Part shown: positions 41,567 to 55,004 of the stretch, one piece after another
How the letters are laid out: the number at the start of each line of letters is the position of its first letter
Numbering within the stretch: the first letter of the stretch is position 1
Source: Octopus vulgaris
Taxonomy: Eukaryota
Assembly: GCA_951406725.2 (NCBI GenBank)
Contig: OX597828.1
Location: forward strand, 42,470,001-42,534,000
DNA: 64,000 bases
Direction: 5' to 3'
The notes under the pieces: generated by a model
Told to the model about the DNA's origin: nothing
The model's database searches: none
The model's input: only the letters and a program-made list of their open reading frames with translations
Made by a program: the position numbers and the translations under genes

Positions 41567-41978
41567 GGCGCAGGAGTGGCTGTGTGGTAAGTAGCTTGTT
41601 TACCAACCACGTGGTTCCGGGTTCAGTCCCACTGCGTGGCACCTTGGGCAAGTGTCTTCTACTATAGCCTCGGGCCGACCAAAGCCTTGTGAGTAGATTT
41701 GTTAGACGGAAACTGAAAGAAGCCCGTCGTATATATGTATATATATATATGCGTGTGTGTGTTTGTGTGTCTGTGTTTGTTCCCCTAGCATTGCTTGACA
41801 ACCGATGCTGGTGTGTTTATGTCCCCGTTACTTAGCGGTTCGGCAAAAGAGACCGATAGAATAAGTACTGGACTTACAAAAGAATAAGTCACGGGGTCGA
41901 GTTGCTCGATTAAAGGCGGTGCTCCAGCATGGCCGCAGTCAAATGACTGAAACAAGTAAAAGAGAGAGTAAGAGAGTA
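41567..41978 (+). mobile_element. SINE family A, full length, well preserved
   Basis: GGCGCAGGAGTGGCTGTGTGGTAAG...GGGTTCAGTCCC...ACCTTGGGCAAGTG...GAAACAAGTAAAAGAG, multiple homologues in window. Confidence 0.92.
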
Positions 41979-42002
41979 TGGGTAAATCAACAAATTTTTT
42001 TT

Positions 42003-42165
42003 AAGCGCAAGCATGGCTGTGTGGTTAGAAGCTTGCTTCCCAACTACATGCTTCCGAGTTCAGTCCCAGTACGTGGCACCTTGGCCAAGTACCTTCTATT
42101 ATATACTCGGGCCGACTAAAAACCTTGCGAGTGAATTTGGTAGGCGGAAAATGAAAGAAGCCCGG
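42003..42165 (+). mobile_element. SINE family A, 5' half
   Basis: Homology to 41567-41730. Confidence 0.8.
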
Positions 42166-42177
42166 TGAGGGTGTATA

Positions 42178-42379
42178 CAAGGGTGTACTGAGAAGTTCCT
42201 GGCTTTAAGGTCATCCTGAAAAGTCTTGTTAGAGGCCCAAACTTCCGAGTTCTTTTATTACAGGGCTTAGAAAATAACTAAAGGACCACTGCAATAAGTG
42301 TGTGAATCTGAAAGGTGTATGTGTTGAATAAAATCATAATCAACTGATCCTCCAGTATTTTCTTGTACCCAAAGCCCAG
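42178..42379 (+). mobile_element. Mariner deletion derivative (MITE), right TIR truncated
   Basis: TA then CAAGGGTGTACTGAGAAGTTCCTGGCTTT. Internal remnant KDHCNKCVNLKGVCVE* resembles the mariner transposase C-terminus (RWxKCVxxxGxYxE). AAAGCCCAG is the start of the right TIR. Confidence 0.75.
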
Positions 42380-42411
42380 TAATAAGTACCGGGGTTAAAA
42401 ATATAAATTAT

Positions 42412-42575
42412 AGGCGCAAGTGTGGCTGTGTGGTAAGAAGCTTGCTTCTCATCCATGGTTCCGGGTTTAGTCCTACTGCGTGGCACCTTGGGGGCAAGTG
42501 TCTTCTACTATAGCCTCGGGCTGACCAAAGCCTTATGAGTGGAATTCGCAGACGGAAACTGAAAGAAACCCGTCG

Positions 42576-42610
<35 letters not shown>

Positions 42611-42870
42611 ACGTATTTGTGTGTCTGTGTTTGTCCCTCCACCATCGCTTGACAACCGATGTTGGTGCGTTTACGTCCTCTTTAACCAAACGGTTCTGCA
42701 AAAGTGACCGATAGAATAAGTACTGCGCTTACAAAGTAAATAAGTCCTAGGGTCAAAACAAATAAAAGAATAAAAGTATACTGGGGGGGGGGCGATTCAC
42801 TCGACTCGTAATTCTTCAAGGCGGTGTCCCAGCATGGCCGCCTTCTAATGACTGACACACGTAAAAGGTA
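42412..42870 (+). mobile_element. SINE family A, near full length with rearranged 3' part
   Basis: Homology to the 41567 copy. Confidence 0.85.
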
Positions 42871-43384
42871 AAGTAAAAGGTTAATCCCATCGAGACTTGT
42901 TGGATAAAAGACAATGAACTAACCGACCGACCAACCAGCCTACCAGTTTGGGATGGGAAGGTCTGAAAAGACCATTGTTACTTGTTGCGCCCTCATCCTC
43001 ATCTTATTCCTCTTCTTGACTAATTAAATAATTAACACCAAGCATTACTTATTGACTGTCAGTTCACTTAATGACTTCATTTATAAAGACTGCAGCAAGG
43101 AAAGTAATGCGGGTTCGTATCCACCTGCCTACTTTCGATTATCTTAAACACACACTGTACTCTACGTCTAACAATAGAGTACGATGCCGGGTGGGGGTGA
43201 CTTGACCTCTCAGTGCAATACGGGTGTTGCTTTCAATATTCAACACCCGTATGTCGACCTCGATATTATTAATGCTCATCGCTTCATCATCATCGAGCTT
43301 GTTTCTCAGTCTCTCTCTGTCTTATTGTTGTTCAATTTCTGCTGCTAATCCGGGTTCCATCCCAGATCAAATTAAATTTGTGAC

Positions 43385-43633
43385 GTATGTCTCCCCCCCC
43401 CGCCAGCTGGACGGGATGCCAGTCCATCGCAGCCTAACTCAAGAAACAGGAAGAAAGAGTGAAAGTTGGAGCGAAAGAGTACAACAGGGGTCGCCACCAC
43501 CCCCTGCCGGAGCCTCGTGGAACTTTAGGTGTTTTCACTCAATAAACACACACAGCGCCCGGTCTGGGAATCGAAACCGCGATCCTCCGACCGCAACTCT
43601 GCTGCACTAACCACTGAGCCATTGCACCTCCAC
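43385..43633 (-). mobile_element. SINE family C (tRNA-derived, Meta/V-SINE-like 3' motif)
   Basis: Minus strand: A box TGGCTCAGTGG, B box GGTTTCGATTCC, then CTGCGATGGACTGGCATCCCGTCCAG, a motif recalled from Meta/V-type SINEs. Degenerate relatives near 31340-31455 and 31855-31950. Confidence 0.75.
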
Positions 43634-43740
43634 ACCGCCACCATCTGCAATTTATTATTTGTCAAAGACAGTCATGGATAATCTGTCAGACCCGGGGCTT
43701 TCTGCATGGCGAGCCTATTTCTCCAGTTTTTAGTAGTACG

Positions 43741-43970
43741 TATTTCTTTATTACCCACAAGGGGCTAAACACTGAGGGGACAAACAAGGACAGACATAGG
43801 TATTAAGTCGATTACATCGCCCCCAGTGCGTAACTGGTACTTATTTTAATCGACCCCGAAAGGATGAAAGGCAAGGTCCACCTCGGCGGAGTTTGAACTC
43901 AGAACGTAACGACAGACGAAATACGGCTACGCATTTCGCACGGCGTGCTAACGTTTCTGCCAGCTCGCCT
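43741..43970 (-). mobile_element. SINE family B with alternative tail type 2 (ends AATAAAGAAATA)
   Basis: Head and body match family B, but the 3' ~65 bp differ and resemble the LINE-like 3' end at 33994. Confidence 0.88.
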
Positions 43971-44438
43971 ACGGCCCGCCTAATAATGAACCATGCTGCA
44001 TGCGGCCCGCTTCTAAAAAAAAAAAAGGGGGGTTGTCCAAACCTTGTCGATGGAAGCACAGAAGTCGCACAAATTAGCATTTTGTCATCGCCATAACTAA
44101 CACTAACGTTGCTAGAGACTTCGATACCAGTAGCATATTGGGGCTACCCCGCCTGTACTCCCCCACCCCGTCCCGCATATAGAATTGGTGCTGATGTACC
44201 CAATGTTGTATGAAAGCACTTTTATTATTTGTAGCACATCTCCAAATGTCAACTTAACCCTTACCAATTTTTTTTTCTTATAGTGTGTGTATGCGTGTGT
44301 GTGTGTGTGTGTGTATGCGTACTAATGTGTGTGTGTGTGTGTGTGTGTAGTGTGTGCTTGTAAGTGAATGGCTGCTTGGTGGTGGTGGTGGTGGTGGGTA
44401 GTGAAGTGTAAAACAGTAATGGGTACACATCTCCATCA

Positions 44439-44475
<37 letters not shown>

Positions 44476-44647
44476 ACACATACATACACATATATAGATA
44501 AATATACACACATATATGTATGTATGTGTGTGTATGTGTAAACATGCGTGCACACACATGTTTATGAACATATGCAAACACATACACAGAAATATATAAT
44601 TATATACATATATATAAATATACATATACACGCATACATACATACAA

Positions 44648-44701
<54 letters not shown>

Positions 44702-44737
44702 AAAGAAATATATATATATAGAGAGAGATGAAAAAAG

Positions 44738-44824
<87 letters not shown>

Positions 44825-45641
44825 CGTGTGTGTGTGTGTATGAAAAAAGAAATATATATATATATGTGACATACTATACCCCAATCTTCTCATCTTTGCT
44901 CCACCCTGCCTCCCTCTCATTCACACTCCGTTTCTCTCCTCTTATCTCTCTCCTCTCTCTTTCTCTCTCTCTGTCGCACCCTCACCCTTTCTCTCTATGT
45001 AACATTAAACGAGATTCTTGTGTAACGTATCTCAACACAAGAGAGAAACAGCAAAGCACCAACAACACCAACACCAACAACAGCCTCATTTAACCCTCAA
45101 CAGTTTTTTTTTTTTTTTCCGTCCTGCTTTCTTGGGGTTTTTTTTTTACTTCTTTTTTTTTTTAACAACTAATTCCTGCCGCCACCTCACCCTTTCACTC
45201 TTTCTCAGTGGCCCTCAAAAACACTCAGCAACTCTCTCTCTCTCTCTTTCTCTCTCTCGCCCTCCCCCCCTCTCTTCACACACGCACTGGTTCTGTTTCT
45301 CTCTCTCTTTCTGTCTTAACCTTCAGATTTTGCTTTAGCAGTAATTTGTACTTATGTAAGGTTAATGGCGTATGTGTGTGTGTTACACACACACGCATAC
45401 ATTTTCTCGACGACCTTATGTCTAAGTGTGTGTGTGTGTGTGTGTGCTTATGAATATAAAATATGATGTGAAATGAATAAACACACTTGTCAAAAGACTA
45501 AAAAGAAAATCCAAGACGCCGTAAGCGAAAAAAAGCTCCTGGAAATTATCTACCTTTTACGCCCAACATATCTATCCATCTCTCTATCTATCTATATCAT
45601 ATCTATCTATCTATCTACCTATCTATCTATCTATCTATCTA

Positions 45642-45677
<36 letters not shown>

Positions 45678-45734
45678 CTCTCTCTATATATATATTGCAT
45701 ATATTCATATATATATATATAGATATATTGTGTG

Positions 45735-45768
<34 letters not shown>

Positions 45769-45794
45769 TATAGATATAGTGTGTGTATATATAC

Positions 45795-45884
45795 ATTGTT
45801 TCTTTGAGTCGTTTGAGGCCTTTCTGGAGCAACGCCTTTTAGTCGAGCAAAGCGACATGCATGCATACATACATACATACATAC

Positions 45885-45915
<31 letters not shown>

Positions 45916-46250
45916 TGGACGGGCTTCTTCCAGTTTCCGTCTACCAAATTCACTCACTTGCAGTGGGACTGAACCCGGTACCATGTGGTTGAGAAGCCTG
46001 TTATCACACAGTCACTCCTGATATATACGCATATATATATATATATATATGCTTATCTATTTTCTCCCTTTTTTTTTCGTTTATACACACGCGCACCCCA
46101 CACGTATTTTATCCTTTTTTTCTCTTTTACTTGCTGGGGCACCGCCTTGATCTAGTTTTAGTCGAGTGAAATGAACCCCATAGCATTTTTTTTTTCTTTT
46201 GAAGCCTGGTGCTTTACTCTAGCGATCGCTGTTGCCGTACCGCTAAGCTA
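45795..46250 (-). mobile_element. SINE family A fragments, internally deleted
   Basis: TTAGTCGAGCAAA, GACGGGCTTCTT, CAGTGGGACTGAACCCGG, GCTGGGGCACCGCCTTG motifs. Confidence 0.7.
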
Positions 46251-46425
46251 CTATATATATATATATATATTAATCTTTCTATAATTATGCTTAATATATT
46301 ATATTATATTATTACACGAAACCCTAGCTGTGTATTATAATAATAATAATAATAACAACAACAACAACAACAACAAACAACAACAACTATAGGAGGAGGA
46401 GGAGGAGGAGGAGGAGGAGGAGTAG

Positions 46426-46670
46426 TCCTTTCTACTAAAGGCACAAGGCCTGAAATTTTGTGGGAGAGGACTGGTCGATTAGCTCGACCTCAGTGCATAA
46501 CTGGTACTTTTTAGTTTATTGAACCCAGAAAGGATGAAAGACAAAGTCGACCTCGGTGGAATTTTGAATTCTACTACGTAAGGACGGACGAAATATATAC
46601 CCCCCGCTAAGCATGCATCTCTCCCGGAATTCTAACGATTCTGCCAAGCAAGCTAGCTCGCTCACCCCAC
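46426..46670 (-). mobile_element. SINE family B, full length
   Basis: TCCTTTCTACTAAAGGCACAAGGCCTGAAATTT...AAAGTCGACCTCGG...TAACGATTCTGCCA. Confidence 0.85.
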
Positions 46671-47041
46671 CTGAATATATAAAGTAAATAACAATGCTTG
46701 ATCTTTGCCGACCCATGTTGTCTCGTATTGTGCAGGGGTTAATATCAACAACAATATCACCAACAACAACAACAACATCAGCAGCAGCGAACAAACTCGG
46801 CAACAATTGCTGATTCTTGAGTTACTTAATAACAGCCACGAACAAGAAAATACCCCCGTTCCAAGAACACCACCACCCAGTGGGTTCCTTTTTAGCTACC
46901 AACCAAAAAAGGGGTGAGACCTGGGGTGTACTTAACGTATTTTCGCTTTCATTCCTTTATCACTTCTCTTGTCTTCTTCTCTCTCTCTCTCTCTCTCTGC
47001 TGCTTCTGTTCCTTTTCTCTCCTTATATTCTTCTTGCTGTT

Positions 47042-47089
47042 TCTCTTCCACCCGGTTCTATGTGCTCTCTTCCACCCGGTTCTATGTGC
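47042..47089. repeat. 24-bp tandem duplication
   Basis: TCTCTTCCACCCGGTTCTATGTGC x2. Confidence 0.9.
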
Positions 47090-47258
47090 ATTTCTGTCGC
47101 TACCCCTCTTCTCTAAGCATCAGCAGAAGTCTGTAATCGTTTGCCTCTCTTTTCTTCTTCTTGTGCTCTCTCGGTGCTTTTATAACACTTGTATTAAGCG
47201 CGCATGAACACTTCAAAATAAATAAGATAAATAAAATACTCATAAATAAATATATACG

Positions 47259-47319
<61 letters not shown>

Positions 47320-47355
47320 CTGTCTATCTATTTCTATATATCGGTGTATGTAATA

Positions 47356-47398
47356 ACATATATATATACGTATATATATATGTGTGTGTGTGTGTTTA

Positions 47399-47452
<54 letters not shown>

Positions 47453-47644
47453 GCAAACTTGATGAGTATGTACTGTGATCAATAAAATATCGTGGTGGTG
47501 TATAAATATATTTACATATGTATGTATATATACACCACCACGATGTTTTATTGATCACAGTACATACTCATCAAGTTTGCATGTGTATATATATATATAT
47601 AAATAAACACACACACACATATATATATACGTATATATATATGT
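47356..47644. repeat. Long inverted repeat (fold-back)
   Basis: Arms 47447-47504 and 47529-47586 are complementary at 57 of 58 positions, 24-nt spacer. Symmetry continues outward through mirrored microsatellites. Confidence 0.97.
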
Positions 47645-47857
47645 ATGTGTATATTATAGATAGAGAGAGAGGGGTCTTTATCTCCTCCTAGGAAATAGTT
47701 AATGGATAGATACATACATACATGCATGCATGTATACATTCAGGGTGCATGGATATATAGTCACCATTAGGATGAACGGGTAGACGGAGAGACAATTTGT
47801 TGAAAAGTAGAGACAGTTTAAGAGAGAAACTTGAGCTGCGTGCGTATGTATGTGCGG

Positions 47858-47907
<50 letters not shown>

Positions 47908-48015
47908 CATCGTCTGAACTCTTATCAGCAATGACAACAGCACCACACCTCTCTCTCTCTCTCTCGACTGGTACCGAAATTAGTCGGGGTGGTGGTGTTG
48001 GCGGCGGCAACAGTT

Positions 48016-48078
<63 letters not shown>

Positions 48079-49329
48079 ACAGCAGCACCACCGACCCGTT
48101 GCTTTTTGCTGCTGACAATACCATCATCATCATCATCATCATCATCGTCATCATCGTCATCGTCATCATCATTGAGGTTCCATTTATTCTTCGTCTGACA
48201 GTAGCGTCTTCTCATTCATTCAAGTACGGCACCGGTACAAGTAAAAGAAACCGAAAGAGCATGTCTCGAAAGCGTCACCCTTCACCACCATCACCATCAT
48301 CATCACCATCACCATCATCGTCATCATCATCATGAACATTGTCATCATCATCGTCACAATCATTATGACTACCACCACCATTACACACACACACGCACAC
48401 CCAAAAAAGCTCTTATAACAGTAGTAGTTGTGTAGTAGTAGTAGTAGTAGTAGTAGAAGCAGCAGTAGCAGTAGTTGTAGTAGTAGTAGTAGTTGTTGTA
48501 GTAGTAGTAGCGGCAGCAGTAGTAGTGGTAGTAGTTGTTGTTGTAGTAGAAAGCTGCAGTAGCAGCAGTTCTAGTAGTAGTAGTAGTAGAAGCAACAGTA
48601 GCAGCAGCAGTAGTAGTAGTGGTAGTCGTTGTAGTTCTAGTAGTAGTAGAAGCTGCAGTAGCAGCAGTTATAGTAGTAGTGGTAGTAGTAGTAGTAGTAG
48701 TAGTAGTAGCGGCAGCAAGTCAAAGTATTAAAACTATTTAGAAATCTTGCTTGTTTTCTTGTGTGGGTTCTGCTATTGACCCGTTACCATCCTCCGTCGC
48801 CACCCCCACCTACCTACCCTGAACACAACACCCACCCACCCAACCATGCAGCAGCAGCGGCAAGACAAGTACCCACCCACCCCCGACATCCCTCACACCA
48901 CCATCACACCATCATCTATGTCTTATTCTTTCTTTCACTCTTCATCCTCCCCACCCGCACCCCCCCCCCCCTCATCATCTCTCAGTCCTACTTTGTGCTG
49001 TATAAATCTTATGGCACCCACCCCGGGTGGTAAAAGTAAGGTGATGCATGCTGCTGCTGGCGTTGGTAGTTTACTTTCTTTTTTTTTTTTTTTTTTTTTT
49101 TAGTTTTCTATGGGTTTTTTTTTTCCATCTCCTGCTGTGCGTGTGTGTGTGTGTGTGTGGGGGGGTCGTTATGATAATAACCGCCCCACCCCCCTTGCAA
49201 CCATCGTTATCACCATCATCATCATCATCATCATAATAACCATTACTAACATCATCCTCATCGCTATTATCAGCCAGCATCGTCATCCTCATCGCCGACC
49301 CGTCATCATCATCATCATCGCCATCGTCG

Positions 49330-49369
<40 letters not shown>

Positions 49370-49805
49370 CTGTGTTTCTGTCACCTTTGCTGCTACAACC
49401 ACCACCACCACCTCCTCCACCCACCACACCCTATCATCATCATCATCATCGTCGTCGTCGTCTTTTAAGCAATGCGTGTTTAAAATAATGTTGCTCACCT
49501 TTGCTTCTGCAGCTGCCACCATCATCATCATCATCATCACCATCATCATCATCACCATCATCATCATCACCACCAGCACCACAAAAATACAAGTGTCGCC
49601 ACCCACCCATCCACAACATCTAACAGCATCCTCATCATCATCATCCTCCTCCTCCTCATCATCATCATCAACAACAACATCATGTTTCCCCCACCCCACC
49701 CCACCCACTCCAACCCCGCAGCTTCACCTCTCCACCCTTTCTTTACCAAAAGAAAAAAAAAATGAAATCCTCCCCCCCCCCCCAAAAAAAAACCACTACC
49801 ATCGC

Positions 49806-49837
<32 letters not shown>

Positions 49838-49899
49838 ACATCACTATTTTGTGCTCACCCTCTAACTATGGCACCCTGCCCCCACGGCAGTGATGGTGA

Positions 49900-49937
<38 letters not shown>

Positions 49938-50826
49938 AGGTGGTGAAGAAAGCAGACAGTGAATAGGGGGGAGGAGGAGGCAGATTGTGATGATGATGGT
50001 AGGGGGTGCGGGTGGGGGTATAGTGGGGGTGGTAGAGGTTTACTATCTTACTCGAAAAATATCACAGTAAACCTGTTCTTGCATTCCTCAAACATCAGCC
50101 AGGTTAGACTAATTGTTGCCCACTTCTCGTAGTTGTTGTTGTTGTTGCTGCTGCTGTTGTTGTTCTCTCTCTCCCTCTTCTTCTCTCTCTCTCTCCCTCT
50201 CTCTCTCGCAATACTTCCCCCACCACCACCTTTCCCTTCCTCTCCACTTCTTTACATCATCTACCTCTCCTCCTCGCTTCTCTTATCTATCTCTCATCCA
50301 CCACCACCACCACCACCACTACCACACTTAACCTCTCTCTCTTTTCCCTCAGTCTTTTTAGTCTCTCATTCACTTTCTCTAACACGCACACACTCTCTCT
50401 CTCTAATTCTCTTTCTTTTCTCACCCCTCTCTCTATGTCTCTCACTCACTCACTCAACTCTCTCTCTCTCTCTCTCGCTCGCTCTCTCTCTCTCTCTCCT
50501 TGACTGTGTACTTACAACAAGAGATAACATTTTGAATACATTGCCCTAGTTATATACACACACTCAGATAAACAAACATTCACTCAACTCACTCACACAC
50601 ATACATACACGCACACACAGACATCAGATATAAATGTACATACATATACACACTTGCATAATTATACACATACTCACAGACCTCATATACATACTTATAT
50701 TCATGCATAAAGCTTGTAGGCGTGTTGATTGCATATGTGACCTGCTTGCCTCTAAGTGAACGTGTTCACATATATATATACATACATATGTATACATACT
50801 TATATATATACATATATATATATATA

Positions 50827-51120
<294 letters not shown>

Positions 51121-51503
51121 AATATATATATATGTATATATATAAGAATATATATATATGTATATACACGTGTGTATGTGTGTGTACATGTTAATATAAA
51201 ATGTGTCTATTGCAAGATTGTGTAGGTAAGTGTATTGTGTGTGTATGTGTATATATAACCGACATACAGGGCCCAATTAGATGCATAGACACGTGTGGTG
51301 GGGGGGGTGCACAGAGAGAGGGAAAAGTAGAGCCTTTCTTTATAAGGGGATGTAAGAAAAGTTGGGTGTTTATTTAACTCTAAGCGTTTGACCCAGAACT
51401 TCTTTCATAGACCAAAGTAGTCTGTATTCATGTGTACATATGAAGAATATGATGATGAACAGTCAAATGTGTGTGCACATACATGTTTGTGTGTGTGTGT
51501 GTG

Positions 51504-51543
<40 letters not shown>

Positions 51544-51570
51544 GCAGCATGGTTGTTGGTAAGGTGCTTG

Positions 51571-51772
51571 TTTAAACCTTATTTCTGTTGAGATGCTCCC
51601 TATTTCTTTCAGTTCATTTTAAATATAACAAAGAATTTGGTAAAATAACTTAGGAACATGAATTATGACTAAAGTTTGGTGGAAGATTTTAATTCAGAAC
51701 TTTTGAAAACTAGACATATTTGTACGACAGAGCCAGAGGTTGTTTCAGCCGGGTTCCTATCAAAGGGATTAA
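51571..51772. mobile_element. piggyBac-like MITE, degenerate
   Basis: Ends TTAAACCTT / AAAGGGATTAA resembling TTAA-CCCTTT termini, related copy at 54771-55004. Confidence 0.55.
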
Positions 51773-51884
51773 GGACCCAAAAAATTGATCAGTGAATTGT
51801 TTTTACCCTCTAATAAATCCTTCTGTGTTTGCATATAGATTTTTGAATTAAATGAATGAAGTTTGTATATATATATATAATATA

Positions 51885-52025
51885 TAAGGTTGTCCCTAAA
51901 GTTCGTAGAAAGTCTTGGAAAATAATGGTCTTTATTTTGAGGAATAATTTTTGTTGTTTTTGTTAGTACTTGGCGAGTAAAAATTCAATTTTCGCAAGTG
52001 TTTACGAACTTTTGGGACAACCTAA
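51885..52025 (+). mobile_element. 141-bp mariner-type MITE
   Basis: 25-bp TIRs TAAGGTTGTCCCTAAAGTTCGTAGA / reverse complement TTAGGTTGTCCCAAAAGTTCGTAAA (22 of 25), TA on both sides. Internal KVLENNGLYFE matches a mariner transposase C-terminus. Confidence 0.9.
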
Positions 52026-52070
52026 TATATATATATAATGTATAATACGTGTATGTGTATGCCTGTGTAA

Positions 52071-52391
<321 letters not shown>

Positions 52392-52790
52392 CTCTATGAT
52401 TAGGCATAGTCTTTTTTGTGGTCGAAAAATTGTGAAATAACCTTTTAAAATGAAGAAGGAAGGGAATCAAACGCCATTATAATTATTATTATTATTATTA
52501 TAATCATCGTTAATCACTGATGATGATATAATAATAAGTGAAACCAAAAAATTTAATTTTTTTTTTTTGTAAACTAAAAGAAGAAATTGACAGCTGTGAC
52601 ATACCGTAACATTGGTGTATTGCGACATATTTTTACGATACAAAAACTCGGAGTAATTGTTATTATTATATATAATGAATTTTAACAATAACTGGGGAGT
52701 AGTGAAGGTTATTATAAATAAATATAAAATATAGATTGAAGACGGATAATTCCGGAAATTAAATTAATAAAATATGTATTATTCCTGGAT
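52392..52790 (+). other. Proximal 3' UTR of COUP-TF with candidate polyadenylation signals
   Basis: AT-rich sequence after the stop codon, AATAAA at 52717-52722 and 52766-52771. The true 3' end cannot be determined and could be several kb further. Confidence 0.5.
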
Positions 52791-53035
52791 GTTTGGTGCA
52801 ACCTGTAAACCTTCTTCCATGAAAATATGTTGTACTTTATATAATTTTACATATGTGCATGCATGTGTATGTTCAAACATAAACATGCATATACATATGA
52901 ACATTCACACATACATATACAGACGTGTACATGAACAATTTAAATAAAAAATACAAGAGTGACCATCTATATCTACGTAAGAGTCCAAAAGTGATGGAAA
53001 ATATTTGTAATATATATACATATATAGAATATATA

Positions 53036-53067
<32 letters not shown>

Positions 53068-53964
53068 ATGTATGTATATTTAATGTCGAAGGAAGTGAAA
53101 ATTGAATGCATTTATATAAATTCATCTGTATTGTTGTTGACTTAATGTGATGTTGTTAATATATAGTTATGTGTGCATGCATATATATATATATGTATGT
53201 ATGTATTTACATATATATATATATATTAGGGGGGTGTATAAAAAAATGTGTTTATATATTGTGTATATATGTGTGCGTACTGTATATAGATTTTCTTGAA
53301 ACATTCACACAAAGATGTGTATGTGTAAAATATACATACATAAATAAGTATGTATATTAATATATATGTATATACATATAATATATAATGTATGTATCAT
53401 TATGCACATACGAGCATGCATGCATGTGCAAACACACAAACACACACACAGATACACACACATGCACACACGTGTGTGTTTGTCAGCATAGAAATATATG
53501 GGTGTTGCAATAATAATTAATAAAGATACAAGTATTTTTTTAAAAATTAATTAGTGTTAGAAAATGAGTCAGCATCATCCTTGACCTTAAAAAAAAAGCA
53601 AAAAGTGAGCCAGTGACATTGACCTTTGTACACCCATTTCAGACTGCTGAGCTTTTGGCATGGTTGATGTTCAGTTGGAACTTCTTGTAGGGCAAGGACT
53701 TGCTAGAAAGAAGATAGATGTGCTGGACACACAAGGAAAAAATAAAAAAACCTTGAGCAATCTGGAGGTCCTAGGGCAAAGACACACACATGCACATACA
53801 TACATGTATATATGCATCTGTATGTGTGTGTGTGTGTATATATATATATATGTGTATATATATATGTATGATATATATGTGTATATATATATGTATATAT
53901 AATGTAAGTGTATGTATGTGTATATATGTGTGTATATGTATGTATGTATATACATATGTATATA

Positions 53965-54010
<46 letters not shown>

Positions 54011-54770
54011 GATTTGGAGTTTCTCATGCCAAATTATGGAATGTATTTTCAATAAGTAATACTGATAATAATAATAACAATAATAATAATAGTATTAATA
54101 ACAACATCATCAACAACAACAACAACATTATGCCATCATACTTTATTAACAATTAAGAAATAAAGTTTTGTGTCATCATATTAGAAGAAATTTTTATTTT
54201 TCTCGTCATTGTCTTGCCCATTTTTATTTTTATTTTATATTCTTACTTTTATTGTTCTAATTATCATCATCATCATCATCATCATCCTTCTTGTCATCAC
54301 GTTCACCGTCATCATCATTATCGGAAATGTCATTCCCATGAACAAAATAAATATAAAGGGTTTTTTTTTCTAATTTTGTAATTTTTTTCTTTTCTTTCAA
54401 TCTGTAAGAAAAAAAAAATATATATTTAAATTTCATTTACTCCTGCCCTTCCTCTCCTTGCACCACACCATGGACCTTATTAGAATTTTCAAACCAGTTC
54501 TTTTCCAAAATTCAAATGGCGTAAAATTTTCTTGACCATCATTTACAAATCATTGGTTGCTGTGTGCACCAGTCTCCTTCTTTCTATCAATCTCACCATG
54601 ACCATCACCATCGCCATCATCATCATCATCAGTGGAGAGTTGATATTGTCTTGATTCACTGATTTTGAGAAAAATCATGTAAAATTGAAGATTCCTCAAT
54701 ATTTTGTTTGTTTTCTTCTGAATCCGATTTCCTGGTCATTTACTGTTATTCATAGTAAATGTTTACATTT

Positions 54771-55004
54771 TTAATCCCTTTGTTATCATAGTTCTTTTGC
54801 GATACACTGCCTTTTGATTCAGTTCAATTTGAAAATAATAACAAATTTATTATTATCATTATTATTATTATTTAGCTGGTGATTGAAGTGTGTAAATTGA
54901 CAAGAAATTTTTATATAAGGTTTCTGTTTAGAACACTTTAAAAATGGGATGTTTGTATCATAGAACCCAGGGTGGTCTTAAGAGTGGTTGGTATGGAAAA
55001 GGGT
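54771..55004. mobile_element. piggyBac-like MITE, degenerate second copy
   Basis: TTAATCCCTTTG left end, AAAAGGGT right end, internal similarity to the 51571 copy. Confidence 0.45.

Noticed and set aside
43545-43633. tRNA-like sequence with A and B boxes
   Set aside because: It continues into a SINE body and lacks a clean cloverleaf. The same applies to family A and B heads.
51220-51232. AG|GTAAGT as a recursive splice site
   Set aside because: No upstream polypyrimidine tract.
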